Source: Vairimorpha necatrix
Taxonomy: Eukaryota
Direction of reading: 5' to 3'
Length of the DNA: 64,000 nucleotides
Assembly: GCA_036630325.1 (NCBI GenBank)
Contig: CP142731.1
Location: 806,001 to 870,000 of the forward strand
Shown here in pieces: positions 33,298 through 46,191 of the stretch; position 1 is the stretch's first letter; each line of letters opens with the position of its first letter. Below the pieces are notes generated by a model. The model saw only the letters and a list, made by a program, of their open reading frames with translations. It did not search any database and was not told where the DNA came from. Made by a program: the position numbers and the translations under genes.

Positions 33298-33804
33298 ATG
33301 TATTTGTTTTCTAAAGATTATTTTTTAAAATCGTTAAAACAATTAACGGTAACGGAAGAACAAATTAGATCCTTGGGCACGTACATAAAGATATTTAAAA
33401 AGGAATATAAAAATATATTAGAAGTGTTTTCTTATGTTTATAAGGAGTCTAGTCTTCATCATAAGCTTGTATTGATGTATCTTGTAAATGAGATTTTACA
33501 AACAGATAAAAATTATGATGAAGATTCAATGAATTTAAAAAGTGGATTTAGACAATTTATTATTGAAAATTTTGCGAAATCTAAAGTAGAAGCTGTCAAA
33601 TATCCAATGATACTCAAGAAATTTCAAGATCTTGAAAAGGTCTGGGAACAAAGAAATGTGATTGTTTTAGATCAAGTTTTCAATATTGAAGAATTCTTTA
33701 GTAAAATTGACACTTGTAACGGAGATCGAAAAAAAATAATAGAAATTCTCGAAGATTATTTGACTAAATTAAAAACAGAAGAAAATAATAAAAAAGATTA
33801 TTAA
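33298..33804 (+). CDS. CTD-interacting domain (CID/RPR) protein, Rtt103-like
   Basis: EEQIRSLG, KLVLMYLVNEILQ, VWEQRNV motifs. Confidence 0.75.
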   Translation: MYLFSKDYFLKSLKQLTVTEEQIRSLGTYIKIFKKEYKNILEVFSYVYKESSLHHKLVLMYLVNEILQTDKNYDEDSMNLKSGFRQFIIENFAKSKVEAVKYPMILKKFQDLEKVWEQRNVIVLDQVFNIEEFFSKIDTCNGDRKKIIEILEDYLTKLKTEENNKKDY

Positions 33805-34067
33805 TTTAACACGACTTAATTTGCCCCCTTTGACAAATTTACAAAATTATTTTATTGTTTACAATAAAAATCTTTTATGTCCGTTGTGTTATTTTTTTTA
33901 AACTTAAATGTCAGTTAGAATATTTTAAAGTTGTACTATAAAATTCCGTTATAAATCTTAATTGTCAGTTATAATATTTTTTAGTCCCTATAAATATTTC
34001 ATTTTTTTTCGTATAAAGAATTGAAACATACGTTAAAAATTTACATTTTTCTACCCGTTATTTGTAA

Positions 34068-34949
34068 ATGTCAAAATTCTATAAGCTCGAACATGAGACA
34101 CTAGTGGATATTCACCAATCACAAACTCAAACATATAAAGAAATGCTAGACAATATCAAAGTAGAAATAATTAAAAAAGAGAAATTATTTCTAGAATTTG
34201 ATTTAATAGGAGTTGACTGTTCAGTAGCGAATGCAATAAGACGAATTCTAATAAATGAAATCCCTACATTCGCTATTGATAAAGTTTCTATTATAAATAA
34301 TACAAGTGTACTTCCTGATGAATTTTTAGCTCATCGACTTGGTCTAATTCCCTTAGACGTCAGTCCCGAACTGGAGATCGAAGAGCTTCAGTTTGAATTG
34401 AAAAAAATTAATGACACAACTGAAGTTCTTAATATAACGTCTAATGATATAATTTATATACAAAAAGAAGGAGATCCCCATGTAGAGATAATTAAGGACA
34501 TACCCATAGCGAAATTAGCACCAAGACAGGCCATAGAATTAGAAATGGTGGCTTGTAAGAATGTCGGCAGTGTACATGCCAAATGGAGTCCCGTTTGTCC
34601 TGCGACTTACAGGCTTATGCCCATTATTGAGATAAAAGACATTTATGACGAAGAAGCCGAAAAATTACAAAAGTGTTTTAGTCCAGGCGTAATTAATTTG
34701 GTAAAAGAAGAAGATAGAATTAAAGCAGTCGTGTCAGAACCAAGAAAAGATTCTGTAAGTAGAGAAGTGTTTAGACATAAAGAATTTGAAGATAAAGTTT
34801 TCTTAGGTAGAAAAAGTAATCATTTTATTTTCACTGTAGAAAGTCTAGTGCTTGACCCACTTTATCTTGTTAAAAAGGCTTTGATGATCATGAATGAAAA
34901 TCTTGAGAGATTGAGAAATGATTTATTAGAGACGAAAAATAAAAATTAA
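34068..34949 (+). CDS. RPC40: RNA polymerase I/III subunit AC40
   Basis: EFDLIGVDCSVANAIRRILINEIP, NNTSVLPDEFLAHRLGLIP, HAKWSPV. Confidence 0.93.
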   Translation: MSKFYKLEHETLVDIHQSQTQTYKEMLDNIKVEIIKKEKLFLEFDLIGVDCSVANAIRRILINEIPTFAIDKVSIINNTSVLPDEFLAHRLGLIPLDVSPELEIEELQFELKKINDTTEVLNITSNDIIYIQKEGDPHVEIIKDIPIAKLAPRQAIELEMVACKNVGSVHAKWSPVCPATYRLMPIIEIKDIYDEEAEKLQKCFSPGVINLVKEEDRIKAVVSEPRKDSVSREVFRHKEFEDKVFLGRKSNHFIFTVESLVLDPLYLVKKALMIMNENLERLRNDLLETKNKN

Positions 34950-36456
34950 ATTAGAAGTAACTAATATTTTATGTGTAGAAAATTAATTTCAATACTTTAA
35001 ATAGGTTAAATGCGTACTCGCTTATTGAATATCTTCTTTGGCAAACGATGAATTTGATTTTAATGAAGCAAATATTAAGAATAAAAATTTTAAGCAATTT
35101 CATTTTATTTACTTTTTTCAATTGACAAATTTGCAAGACTAAAAAAGATCTTTGTATAAAAAAAATAAAAGTCTAAATGAAATTGAATCGAAAATGGCAT
35201 GTAAAGCAGAAAGATATGTATACAATTAGCATAATACGAATAAAATGTTCAATACTGACTCTTATATTTACCTCTAATATTGAAATGACAAGATATTAAT
35301 TGCTGTTTTTAATCTGTAATGTATAGAGAAATTTAGAACAAGTTCGTAAAATTAAATTATGATGTTCGTGTGGCAAGATTCAGTACAATTATAAAATATT
35401 GATGGATATTATACGGCGACTATAAATCTGCTAAGATTCATTATCATTCGAACGGCATCTATTAAATATAAAATATACATAATAACAAAATACAAGCCTT
35501 TCGTAGTCTTAAAGTGAGATATAACTCACCAAATCTTGACCTATAAAGATCACTTGATTATTCGTAAAAACAATCCCAATAGTAGTATTTCATGCATATT
35601 TTTAAGATATATTTATATCTAATAAGAATATATAAAAGAATAACTTGCTACTTGTCAATTGACAAATATCGAGATGATAAATAAAAATATTAAAATTATT
35701 TATTTATAACATTAAAAATGTATCTTTGACGAGTATGCATGAGGCAATTTACCTAAAAATAATATAATAGCTCGTATTCAGAGAATTATTGATGCATAGA
35801 AGTCCCAGAATAATTACCTATATATAACCTCTGGCACATAATTTATAAAAATTAAACAGAGAACAAGTTGATCTCCGCTTGTTGTTTTGATTTTAAACCA
35901 TTATTATGTGGAGTTTATAGGTTAACTAGGTAATTTTCAAAATTTTGAATAAACCCTGATAGTACCATGCGAAAACAAAAGTAGTGCAAGAAAATAATAT
36001 ATATATGTCTTGATAAAATGATGTACCTTCACTGTTGTGACCTACATGTTCTCTTGCGTATGCTTATATAGTCTCCTTCGAAAATTTTAAAAAATATTAG
36101 GCTAAATAAAAACTTAATATTGTCTAACAAAATTAAAGTTTATAAACATACAATAAAATTTTAACCTAAATTTATAAAAAAATTTGTCCTTAAATTTTTT
36201 CTTATATTCATTCACAATACTTTTGTAAGTTCTTTCAGATCATTTATGATCTTTCTGCGTTTGGACTAATATAACAAATTAGCCGTCAAATTAGTCAGAT
36301 CAAATTCATCCATTAAAAATTTATAATTTGTATTTAAGAAAACAAAATTAATTTATATATTTCCAGCCCAGTAGTATTGTCATTCTAATTTAAATATATT
36401 ATAAAGAAGGATTTTTTATTTATATGTACAATTTTTTTTTCGTACAACATTTAGTA

Positions 36457-37305
36457 TTACAAAAATACATTAAATACTTCTGAATCTACATATGGTTTTT
36501 TTTGGTTGTCACGATTCTTAATTCTATTTATCAACTTGATTCTTATCAGATAAAACGCTACTAGTAAAGTGTAACAACATTCCAATATTAATAATAAACT
36601 TAAATTAATAATTTCATGAAAAAATGACAAAATTATTATAGTAGTCACACCAAGTGCCCACATTGTTCCTATAAAAATATAAGAAAAGTGGTAGATTTTT
36701 TCCTTTTCTATTTTAGTACTGCACAATATAAAATCAACAGCTAAAGCTACAAATTTTACGAGATGAAATGCGTAAAATTGATTCCGCTCATTTGAGAATA
36801 AATCTTGCATAACTACGACCCAGATTCCTATCAAAGAAGCTTTTTTACATGTATCTATCATTTCTTCTATAATGTAAAGATTTATTTCTAAAAAATCTAG
36901 ACCTGCTCTTTGATTATACAAATGGTAAACTTTGTCACTGCTTTGATTTATAGTACAAACAAGAAATATTAAAGTAATACAATGTACAACAATAGATAAT
37001 TTTACTTCTGTGGTGTATTCACATGTAAAACCTATAAAAATAACAAATATTAAAGAAAAAATTCTTACAAGTTGTATTTGTGTGCGGTATCCTAAACTTT
37101 TTATATAATAAAAACCAGAATAAAAAGCAATTTCCATTATAAACAAGATTTTAGAAAAGGTTAATAGATATTTAGAAATTGTATTGACACACTTACTTGA
37201 ATCAAATGAGTTTACATTACTTAATGTTGATTTGGTTATTAGAACATCTAAAATTAGACTAGTGAAATATAATATAGTGTATGTAATGTACTTTAAATGT
37301 TTCAT
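36457..37305 (-). CDS. Multi-pass membrane protein, paralog of 57047-57897
   Basis: About 7-8 hydrophobic segments; shares YHLYNxRAGLDFL and KYLLTFSKIL. Confidence 0.8.
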   Translation of the reverse strand: MKHLKYITYTILYFTSLILDVLITKSTLSNVNSFDSSKCVNTISKYLLTFSKILFIMEIAFYSGFYYIKSLGYRTQIQLVRIFSLIFVIFIGFTCEYTTEVKLSIVVHCITLIFLVCTINQSSDKVYHLYNQRAGLDFLEINLYIIEEMIDTCKKASLIGIWVVVMQDLFSNERNQFYAFHLVKFVALAVDFILCSTKIEKEKIYHFSYIFIGTMWALGVTTIIILSFFHEIINLSLLLILECCYTLLVAFYLIRIKLINRIKNRDNQKKPYVDSEVFNVFL

Positions 37306-38199
37306 TTGGGGATAAATTGAAAAAAAAAGTTTGTTTGATCATTTTTTATTATAAAAAATTTAGGATACTAATAAATTTTTAAAAAGACAAAAATATGTAA
37401 AAATTTTTATATAAAAGTATAAAGCATATTAAATTTGAGAATTAAGTTTTTCAAGGCAATTTTAGAACATGACATAATATTTATATATCTAGTTTTAGAA
37501 GAGTTTATTTGTTTACTATAGACGTCAAACTTTCCTATAAACACGTCGATTAAAGAGAGCTGTCAACGATCTAATTGCATCAAATTAGACAATCTCTTAA
37601 AAGATTGAAAATAGAGAAAAACTTTCTACATATTATTTATTGTTACATAAAATTCTTACTATTTTTATAAACATTTTTTTATAGGACTTACTATTTCAAC
37701 AAATAGGAATAAATTTAGAAACAAATTAGGGCTTGATTAAATATTACGGGGTCTGTTCCATTATTTTACCTTCCCCAACATTATAAGAATACTTTTTAGA
37801 TATTTTTTTGATTTAATGTGCTCTCTAAGCGGCTTAAAATATATTTTTGTATTTTTTTTAAATGTACAAATATGTAATTCTTACATCTATTAATTTTTAT
37901 CATGGAGATCGATAAACCTTTGATCATAGACATAGTGATAGGCACATATTTATTTTTTTACTACGTTGTAAAAGACTAAATCTTTTCTTATTCATTTTTC
38001 TATTAACAAAGCCACCATTTACCACAAATGACTTCATTTGTTTGGAAAAATAAGCTAAAAATTTCAAGAATATTACATTATAAGTCTGACAACTTGGTAT
38101 ACGAATGAAATTAGGTTGCATTCGGATTTTTGTTTAACATTAAGTCTTTGTTTATCTTCACCATAAACATAAAGTGTCAAAGCCTTCCTCTTAAGTAAT

Positions 38200-39770
38200 T
38201 GTTAAAAACAATTGTAAGTTAAGGGTTAAATTTATTAAATCTATATTCTTAACTTTTTTTTTTTTTTTTTTTTTTTTCTTTGCAAGTAAGAGGTAGGGAG
38301 AAACCTTACATAGGGACCAGAGGGATTTGGGTGTGATCCTTTTCCAACTGGTACTGTGAGATTCTTACTCACTAAAACTCCCTCCGTATAACTTGCCGGT
38401 GCAGCAAGCTCCGCCGTATCCATTGGACTTTGGCTCCAGGAGAACACTTTCCATTTATACCTCAAATCGCGTCCAGAGTGACCTCACAGCGGATATACTT
38501 AACGGGCATGGTTATCTATAACCCGAGGAGAGACATCATCGTACTGACTCAAAGGTCCCTACAATCATCTGTATCGCACACACGGCTCCTTACACGACCA
38601 CATCCCCAGCCCGGCATTTTTATTGGACTGCGTTGACCACCAGTCTCCCACTAGTTTCGGCCACCGTGTTACAGAATCATGTAGGATAGGGTCCACGAGA
38701 CCTTCTATTGCCCTACTTCGTCTAGTCTCTTAGTTAGCTCTAGGATCCCACTCTAGAGTGCACCAGCCATGGGCTCCAACTAGGCCGTACCCATTAGATA
38801 CTTTTATGTATCATTAAGTCACCAAAGGGCGATACTGCTTTTTGGCCTTGAGGTGCGTTTCTACACTAGATGCTAATCCCCTTGTGGCTGGACACACACA
38901 AGTTTCATTGAATCAACTTAATGATTACCGTGGACATTTTCATCATCTGAGTTGTTCCAACTGCATCATAGAAAGTAGAAACAATTTGGTGCCCCTGGGA
39001 CTCGAACCCAGCCCATTGGTCAATGAGAACATCCCTTCGACCACTCGGCCAAGGGCACCTCTCTATATTCTTAACATCCCCGCGCTAAATTTAGAATTGG
39101 GCGATGAAATTATCTACATATTTCTACGCCTACTACTTGGCTCTAAAAATAAAAGTGCATTTTTATGTTAACTAACCATGGGCTGCGCTTTACTCCATCG
39201 CGTCTTACAATCCCTTCTAGTACTGGTCTTCGAGGTACTTTCTTTCCCTGTTTTAATACATAAAGTCTATGGGCATGTGATCATTCGTAACCCATGTCTT
39301 CCCAACAATGAAATCGGATTTTTTCCGTCTATCTCATTCTTCGACTATAACACAGTTTCTTTTTGATTTTCTTCTCTTTTTAAATCTCTCTGTATTTTTG
39401 AACACTACTGGTTCAGCTATCTTGCCACGATAGCTTAAATGTGAATAGTGGGATTACCACTACACTCAATCTCGACAACTCTTATGCCAGATCTTATTAC
39501 AGTCAATACTGTTTCTCCATAGCTCTTCATGGCTACTTTACGTCTTCACCAATCCGGGTCCCTCGACTGATGCAAGCCACCACCTTCTCTTCTGTTAGAC
39601 AACCAACCATCCCCATTCTAACCTAGACTGCATTTTTTTTACGTCTCATGCTTCGACGGAACTTACGACCTCTTCTTTTGTTTTTGTTTGAGTTCAATAA
39701 TTTTATTCTCCACCATGTTAAAGACAATTATAAGTTAAGGGTTAAATTTATTAAATCTATATTCTTAACA
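38200..39770 (-). mobile_element. Non-autonomous short-LTR (TRIM-like) retroelement, 55-bp LTRs
   Basis: LTRs 39716-39770 and 38200-38253 (+39076), TG..CA, 2 mismatches; 5-bp TSD GTAAT; PBS TGGTGGAG and PPT GCGCGGGGA on minus strand; decayed interior. Confidence 0.85.
38254..39061 (-). mobile_element. tRNA-derived SINE-like element (~808 bp) inserted in the TRIM 3' LTR
   Basis: tRNA head 39059-38987 (GGTGCCC/GGGCACC acceptor stem, TGGCCGAGTGG, GGTTCGAGTCC); A24 tail at 38254-38277; 14-bp TSD TCTATATTCTTAAC at 38240-38253 and 39062-39075. Confidence 0.9.
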
Positions 39771-41536
39771 GTAATAAAGGTTTTTTTCATTTTAAGAATA
39801 TAATCTGAAAGCACCAAATATTTCTATAGTTACAAAACCATAGTTTAACTCAAATAGCTTAACTAAAAGCATTGGAGATTTATGAATGATTAACAACACA
39901 GATCATAAGCCAATATCTTGAGCAAATTGGGGCGTTAATTTAGGGCTTTTTTCATTGGACGAAGGGACTTCGATAACCCGTGAGCTTTTGTGGCGCACAA
40001 CAAGGCAACTTTGAATCCTATAAGTTTACTTTTTATAAGATCTATTAATATATATTATCGACTTTTCAATAACGAGGCAAGTGCAATTTATAAAGTTATT
40101 AAATGAACGTTTCAATGACACTAAAATATTATCACCTGTAATTTTTACGCTTCTATGGTCGCAGTCATTTTTCTTTTACGTTTTTAATCATTAACAATCT
40201 TTTTTTATACTATTTTCTGATCAAATAAATTTTTTAAATGATATCTTTTCGATTACAATTTTTAAATGATTTCAATAGATTAAATAAACCTACTACTTTT
40301 GGCAGTAGACTAAAATTTTCGCTGCATGTTAGATCTTAATTGTGGTTAATCTATAAACAAATAGAATTATAGTTATTTATTTTTTACAACTAAAACTTGC
40401 ATGTAGTAGTTCAGACATACTCTTTAATTCAAATTTAGAATTTAGTGATATACTTAAATGTTTTATGTAGGCAGCTGCTTTATGAAAACTTTTCGATATT
40501 ATATTACAAGCAAAAAGCTAAAGGTCTTGTGTTTTTAGCCATTAAATGTCCGAGCAGAGATTATTTAATACCATAGCTCATAATTTGCTATGTGGTTTTA
40601 TAGATTTTCTAGATCGGTGATTATATAAGATCTTTCGATTTATGTAAATAAAATAAAAAGCGGTTCTTATTGTTTCAAATTTAACTTTTTTTGTAAAAGT
40701 AAATGTAAAAAAGGTGTGTATCATGTATAAGTTAAAATTTAGTATCGAAAAAAGGTTTACATACTTAAATTTAGACTCAAAAAATTCATATAGAGTCTTT
40801 TACTAAATAATTTTTTAGAAGAGAATAAACCATATTTTCTCAATCGGATTAAATCATTTTAGTTTAAAAATTTTCAGCTTAAAAGATTCCTGCAAGTTTT
40901 TATGCTTTTTTATAAAAGATGCGTCATTTCATCCAACATCATTTAAAAGTACAGAAATTTATCGTTTTACACGCCAAAAAATTGATTTGGATACACTAAA
41001 TATAGTCAAATAGATTATTTGACAATAAAATCCTTGATTATGTAATAAACTACATATTAAAAAAGTAAAATAATTAGTCAGGTATACAACTTTTTGCTTC
41101 TAATATTATATCTTTAATTTTTTTATTTTTTCTATTAAGATAGGAAATTTTGTAAAAATTATAAGGAAAGTTTTGCAGTGAAGATAAAAAATAAATCGTA
41201 TTAGATCATAAAAAAAGATAGTTTTTATAGCTACAAGCTCAAGATTAAATTGATCGACATAAAAGCAAACTTCATACAGAAGTTTGGCCTTAGGGAAGTT
41301 AGATATTTCGTACAGGATAATAACTTGTCATGAATAAAACATGAAAACACACTTTTTGTCTATATGTTTTGCCCCGATTTTTTATGAATATAACGCTAGA
41401 ATCGTATAATATAATCATTATTGAAAATTTAAAAACAAACAATAAAAAATATATAGATTTGTATATACTTGAAGTATTAAAAAAAAAATCGAAAATGCTG
41501 TTAGAAATGATATAAATTCTTGAAAATTAAAGTTTA

Positions 41537-41821
41537 TTAGAACTCCGCATATACTTCAGATTTCCTACCATTGTAATGTTTCTCATCAATAGTTGCACTA
41601 TCTTCATTTGCTAATAATAAATCCGAAATATTTTCCGTGTAGATTCCTTGAAAATTAATAAAAAATAGTTCATTTTCGTTATGTATGCCTCTAATATATT
41701 TAAAAAATATGTAGGCAAAACATAGTAAGAAAAAACATATTACGACATGTTCACCAGTTATACTTATAGGAATAAATTGGTTTATGAGGCCTTTAAAATC
41801 TATATCATATGTATTCAGCAT
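41537..41821 (-). CDS. Small single-TM hypothetical protein
   Basis: 94 aa, one TM; GGG motif before ATG; architecture like 54199-54465. Confidence 0.55.
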   Translation of the reverse strand: MLNTYDIDFKGLINQFIPISITGEHVVICFFLLCFAYIFFKYIRGIHNENELFFINFQGIYTENISDLLLANEDSATIDEKHYNGRKSEVYAEF

Positions 41822-43180
41822 ACCCTTAAAAATATTTCTTATTGTAAAATAACATATAAATTAAGTAATGAGTTGTAAAAACGAGGTGTAGGTGATTCAT
41901 AAAGAAAATTTAGAGCGTTAGACAATTTTGTTTTTTTTGCATATCAAATAAAAATCCAAGTTTTTTATACTATCCCATAACATCATTTACAATTAGATGT
42001 ATCATTAAAATATTAGAATCTTATTAAATGTATTAACAATAAAAAAATTAGTGGTATAATAAAAAAAAATAATAGGAAAAATTGTTGTAAGAATGTCGTT
42101 TGTAAATTAAACTGAACATCATATCCGCTAATTATGACTAATGGTAACAACATTACGAGAGATAAACGTTAAAAAGCTAATATATATTAAAATTAGCTGC
42201 GTAAATAATATAAAAATGTTATGAAACTATATATAAATAACCTATAACAAATTATCAAATTTTTGCATAATTTAATAAGTACATTAATATATAAAAATCA
42301 AACTAATAATGTTTGCAGTATTTATAAGTACAATATGTTCAAACACTTTAAAAACATGTAAACATAAAAAGTATTGTTTTTACGAATTATAATATTTTTT
42401 AGTATAGATAGTATAATTGAAAAAGTTTGAGGGTGTAAAATGAATTTATGTTATATTTATGCTTTATATGGTGGTTTCATTCAATTAAAATGTTATTCGG
42501 AGTCTATCCTTCATGGCTTTAAAAATTACCTTTTAGTAGATCAGATGATCTTTTGTATCAGCATTAAAATCTTGCAAAAACATCCCAATATTTAAATTCT
42601 TGGATATAAGCAAATTTATACTTTTAATAACTGTAGTTAACTTTGACTGATTAATTGCTTAAATTCATTTTTGTGGTACATGTTTTTTTTCTTGTCAAAT
42701 CAATTTATTAACTAAACAACATAGCATTAAATACAATATTTTCAATTTTAATAAATGAATTATAAACACATGAAAATTTTTTTGTATGAAAAAATTTATA
42801 AAATCTTATGCATACACGAAATTTCGAATATACTTGTTTAGTGGAAGATTTAAGCAATTTTCAGTTGACGTAATTATTATCTCTATTATATAATTTGTTA
42901 CTAAATAATAAATTTACATATTACATACTTATCAGTAAAAGGATAAATTAAAAATAGAATAAATTTAGTATGATCTTGTGTAAAGATATTATACATTATT
43001 TTGTATTACTAAATGTAAGAAGAAAATAAATATAATATCCATGAAAAGCATGTTATTTATTTGCATTTAACCATGAGTTGTTTTTAATCTGACTTGTAAA
43101 AACCATTTGTAAATTATAATTCATTTCAAACTATCTTAGTACATTAATTTAAATAATACAGAACATTTGTAAATAAATAA

Positions 43181-43263
43181 CTCTCAGTAGCTCAGTGGCA
43201 GAGCGTTCGACTGTAGAATTTGTAGATATCGAATGGTCACAGGTTCGACTCCTGTCTGGGAGA
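43181..43263 (+). tRNA. tRNA-Tyr(GTA) with 11-nt intron (43217-43227)
   Basis: Acceptor CTCTCAG/CTGGGAG, anticodon stem TTCGA/TCGAA, CT-GTA-G, T-loop GGTTCGACTCC, downstream T-run. Confidence 0.93.
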
Positions 43264-46191
43264 TTTTTTATTTACTTTTAGAAATAGATTTTAATTTGAC
43301 AATAAATATAAGTGCTTAACATAATTTGGGATTAATATTATTACTGAATATAACAATAAATATTTTTTTACGTTATTTGAATTTATTTAAACATTGGGGC
43401 TATCTTTCTCAATGATATTACACACCTTTATCTTTTGTAAGGGAAAATTACTAAATTTTTTTATATTTTAAATTTAAAAGAAGTGACACCAAATAAACAG
43501 AATTTGGGATAATAAAAAGAAAACGCCTTACAGTAAATAATTTAAGAAATAAAAATTCCACAATTTAAACAAATCATTGCTATAACCAGATTGACTGATG
43601 CTTTAGGATTTGACACATCATAAGAGGGTACAACCAAAATAATTTCTGTTTATTTTGTTATACAATGTCATACAAGAAAAGTTATTATGTCGTCTAATAG
43701 GTTGTGGCGCATGTTTTATTATTTTAGCGAGTTTTTACGTAAAAAGACTATAAATGTTTTTATTTTAAAGAGGCAGAGTTTTTGTCTGGAGAATGCATGC
43801 ATAAACATTTCCTATAGTGACAACAATTGTAAATAGCATAATATTAAGAAAAATACCACCTTTTTGTCTATAAGAGCGATTTCAGAATCGTTAATATTCT
43901 TTAATACTATCAAAATGTAGATTTATATAAAACACCGAGTTACTAAGCCGGTACTTAAAATACAACCCCTGTCTACTTCCATAACCCCGATTTTCAGATA
44001 TTAATTAAAAATAAAGCTTAATGATTTTTTTTTTTTCTAAAGACGATTACTCTGCAAACAGTCATTACGATTTATGTATTGTTTTTGGATATGTTTGGTA
44101 AACTTTTTAAATATTCAAATCAAATTTGTTTATTAGAGAATTAAAAGAAAAAAATCACATAAAATAAATATGCATAAAGATATGCAATTTTTTATGTAAA
44201 CCTTCAAGTTTTGATGCCAAGAACTTTACATTGTTTTGCAATATATATTAAAATATATAAAAACTTAAGTATATAATCTTGGGCATTTTTAAGGTCGTTA
44301 GGCCATTAATAAGTATTTTTTTTATTACCATTATGAGACCTAGCATAAATAAATCTGGTATTTATGTAAATTTTTACTAGGATCTGAACTACATGTGCTT
44401 TAATTTTTTATGAAATTTAATATAAAAATAACAATAAAATTGTTTAATGTACAAAAGCCTTCTTTTACGATATATTTGGAACATTTTATATAATGCACAT
44501 AACAATTAAATCCTTTAATGTAGTATCTTACAAAAAATATGTGTTATTAAATATCCAAATTTATACATTTTTTCTTGTTCTAGATTTATAACTATTGTTA
44601 TAGATGTTATCAGATATTTTTAATATATTATAGACTATGTAATTTGTATTTAATAAAATATTCAATAATTAACTCTTTAATTTAGTCTTTTTTGCAAGAA
44701 CAAAGAACAAGAAAAATCTAAAATGCACTAGGTTAACATTTTTAAAAAAATAATGATTGTTATTATTTGCTTTATGAGAAATTACATTTATAACACAGTT
44801 TATTTTTTACAATTATCTCCATAATTGAGATATATAAACATCTACGTCATATTTTTCATCGTTATTTATTTTTATAATTTTTGAAGAAATCATTTATCAT
44901 AATTGTTTGAGATTAGTATAAAGCTCTTATAAAGAAAAATATGTAGTAAAATTTGAAATTATGTTAAGATAAAATAAATATTTTTGTCGTATATGTCAGA
45001 AGGCAATTTATTTAAGTTAATTTTTCTAAAAACGTTTTTAGCAATAGAATTTACTATAAAGAGTATAAATATCATGTATCTATATGCCGAGAAGACTATA
45101 TTGAGTATGTACAATGTCAATTTTATATAATATTACGAACAATATCATTTAACAAGCTTAATTTGGTTGGTGGAAAAGTCCGCCAAAATATAAAAGAAAA
45201 TTTGAAAAAAATAGCCTAAAAAAAATGAATGTCGAAACGGACAAACAGCATCAGGAAGAAACACCATAAACTAAAATCACAAATTTAAAATAATATAATA
45301 CTAAATAAATAATTATTTGCCATATAACAAATGTATTAACCCTTCATATACAATTTTTAGACATTAAATTATTATTTGGATTTTTATAAAATTATGTTCA
45401 TCCAATAATTTTTCGATACCCTCTTAATATGGAAAATGAAAGAAGATTACAAGAACAGAAAGAAAGACCTGTTGATATAAAAAGCATAAAAAATAAACAT
45501 ATGAAATTATACAAAGGATACAAATACTATATGAAATACACTGGGGCTTCTTTTATAAAATGGTCTTGTTTTTTAAAAAATTGTAATGGAAGTATACGCA
45601 TGAACATTATAACAAATGAAGTATGTAATTATAAAGATCATAATCATGAGGAATTAAGTAATTCACAAATTAAAATCTTATTTGTAAATGAAGATATAAA
45701 AAGAGATAGCCTCACAAGCAGAAAAACTAAGAATGAAATTGTATGTGCGACAACATCAATGCTTGATGATTCAGAAAGACAGTTACTTCCAAGTATACGT
45801 AACATAAAGAGAAGAATTAGAAATATTCAATATTTAACTCAAAATTTTAGCTATTCTAATAATCATGATATTCCAAATGAGTTACTAATGACACGATCTG
45901 GACTTAAATTTATACAGTATGATAATTATATTAGTACCAAAGAGAGAATAATAGCATGCCGGTCTGATGAAAATTTAAACAACGCCATGAATAAGAAAGT
46001 CTTTGCAGTTGATGGGACATTTTACTCGTCCCCTCTAGCCTTTTTTCAACTTTTTGTAGTATTTTTTGTAGATGAATATACTTACATTCCTTTTGCTTAT
46101 TTTCTAATACCAAATGAAAAATATGAATCGTATGTGGAAGCTTTTAAAATGCTATTTATTTTAGCAAATGTGAGAAAAATGGAAAATATGA

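Noticed and set aside
38630-38700. Hammerhead ribozyme in the SINE body (GCCGAAAC on minus strand)
   Set aside because: No CTGANGA core at the required position
38987-39059. Functional tRNA gene (CAT in loop)
   Set aside because: The anticodon arm does not pair, and it is the head of a TSD-flanked poly(A) element
38241-39626. Several 60-110 aa ORFs
   Set aside because: They lie in the SINE/TRIM, have no motifs, and mostly use non-ATG starts or the antisense strand
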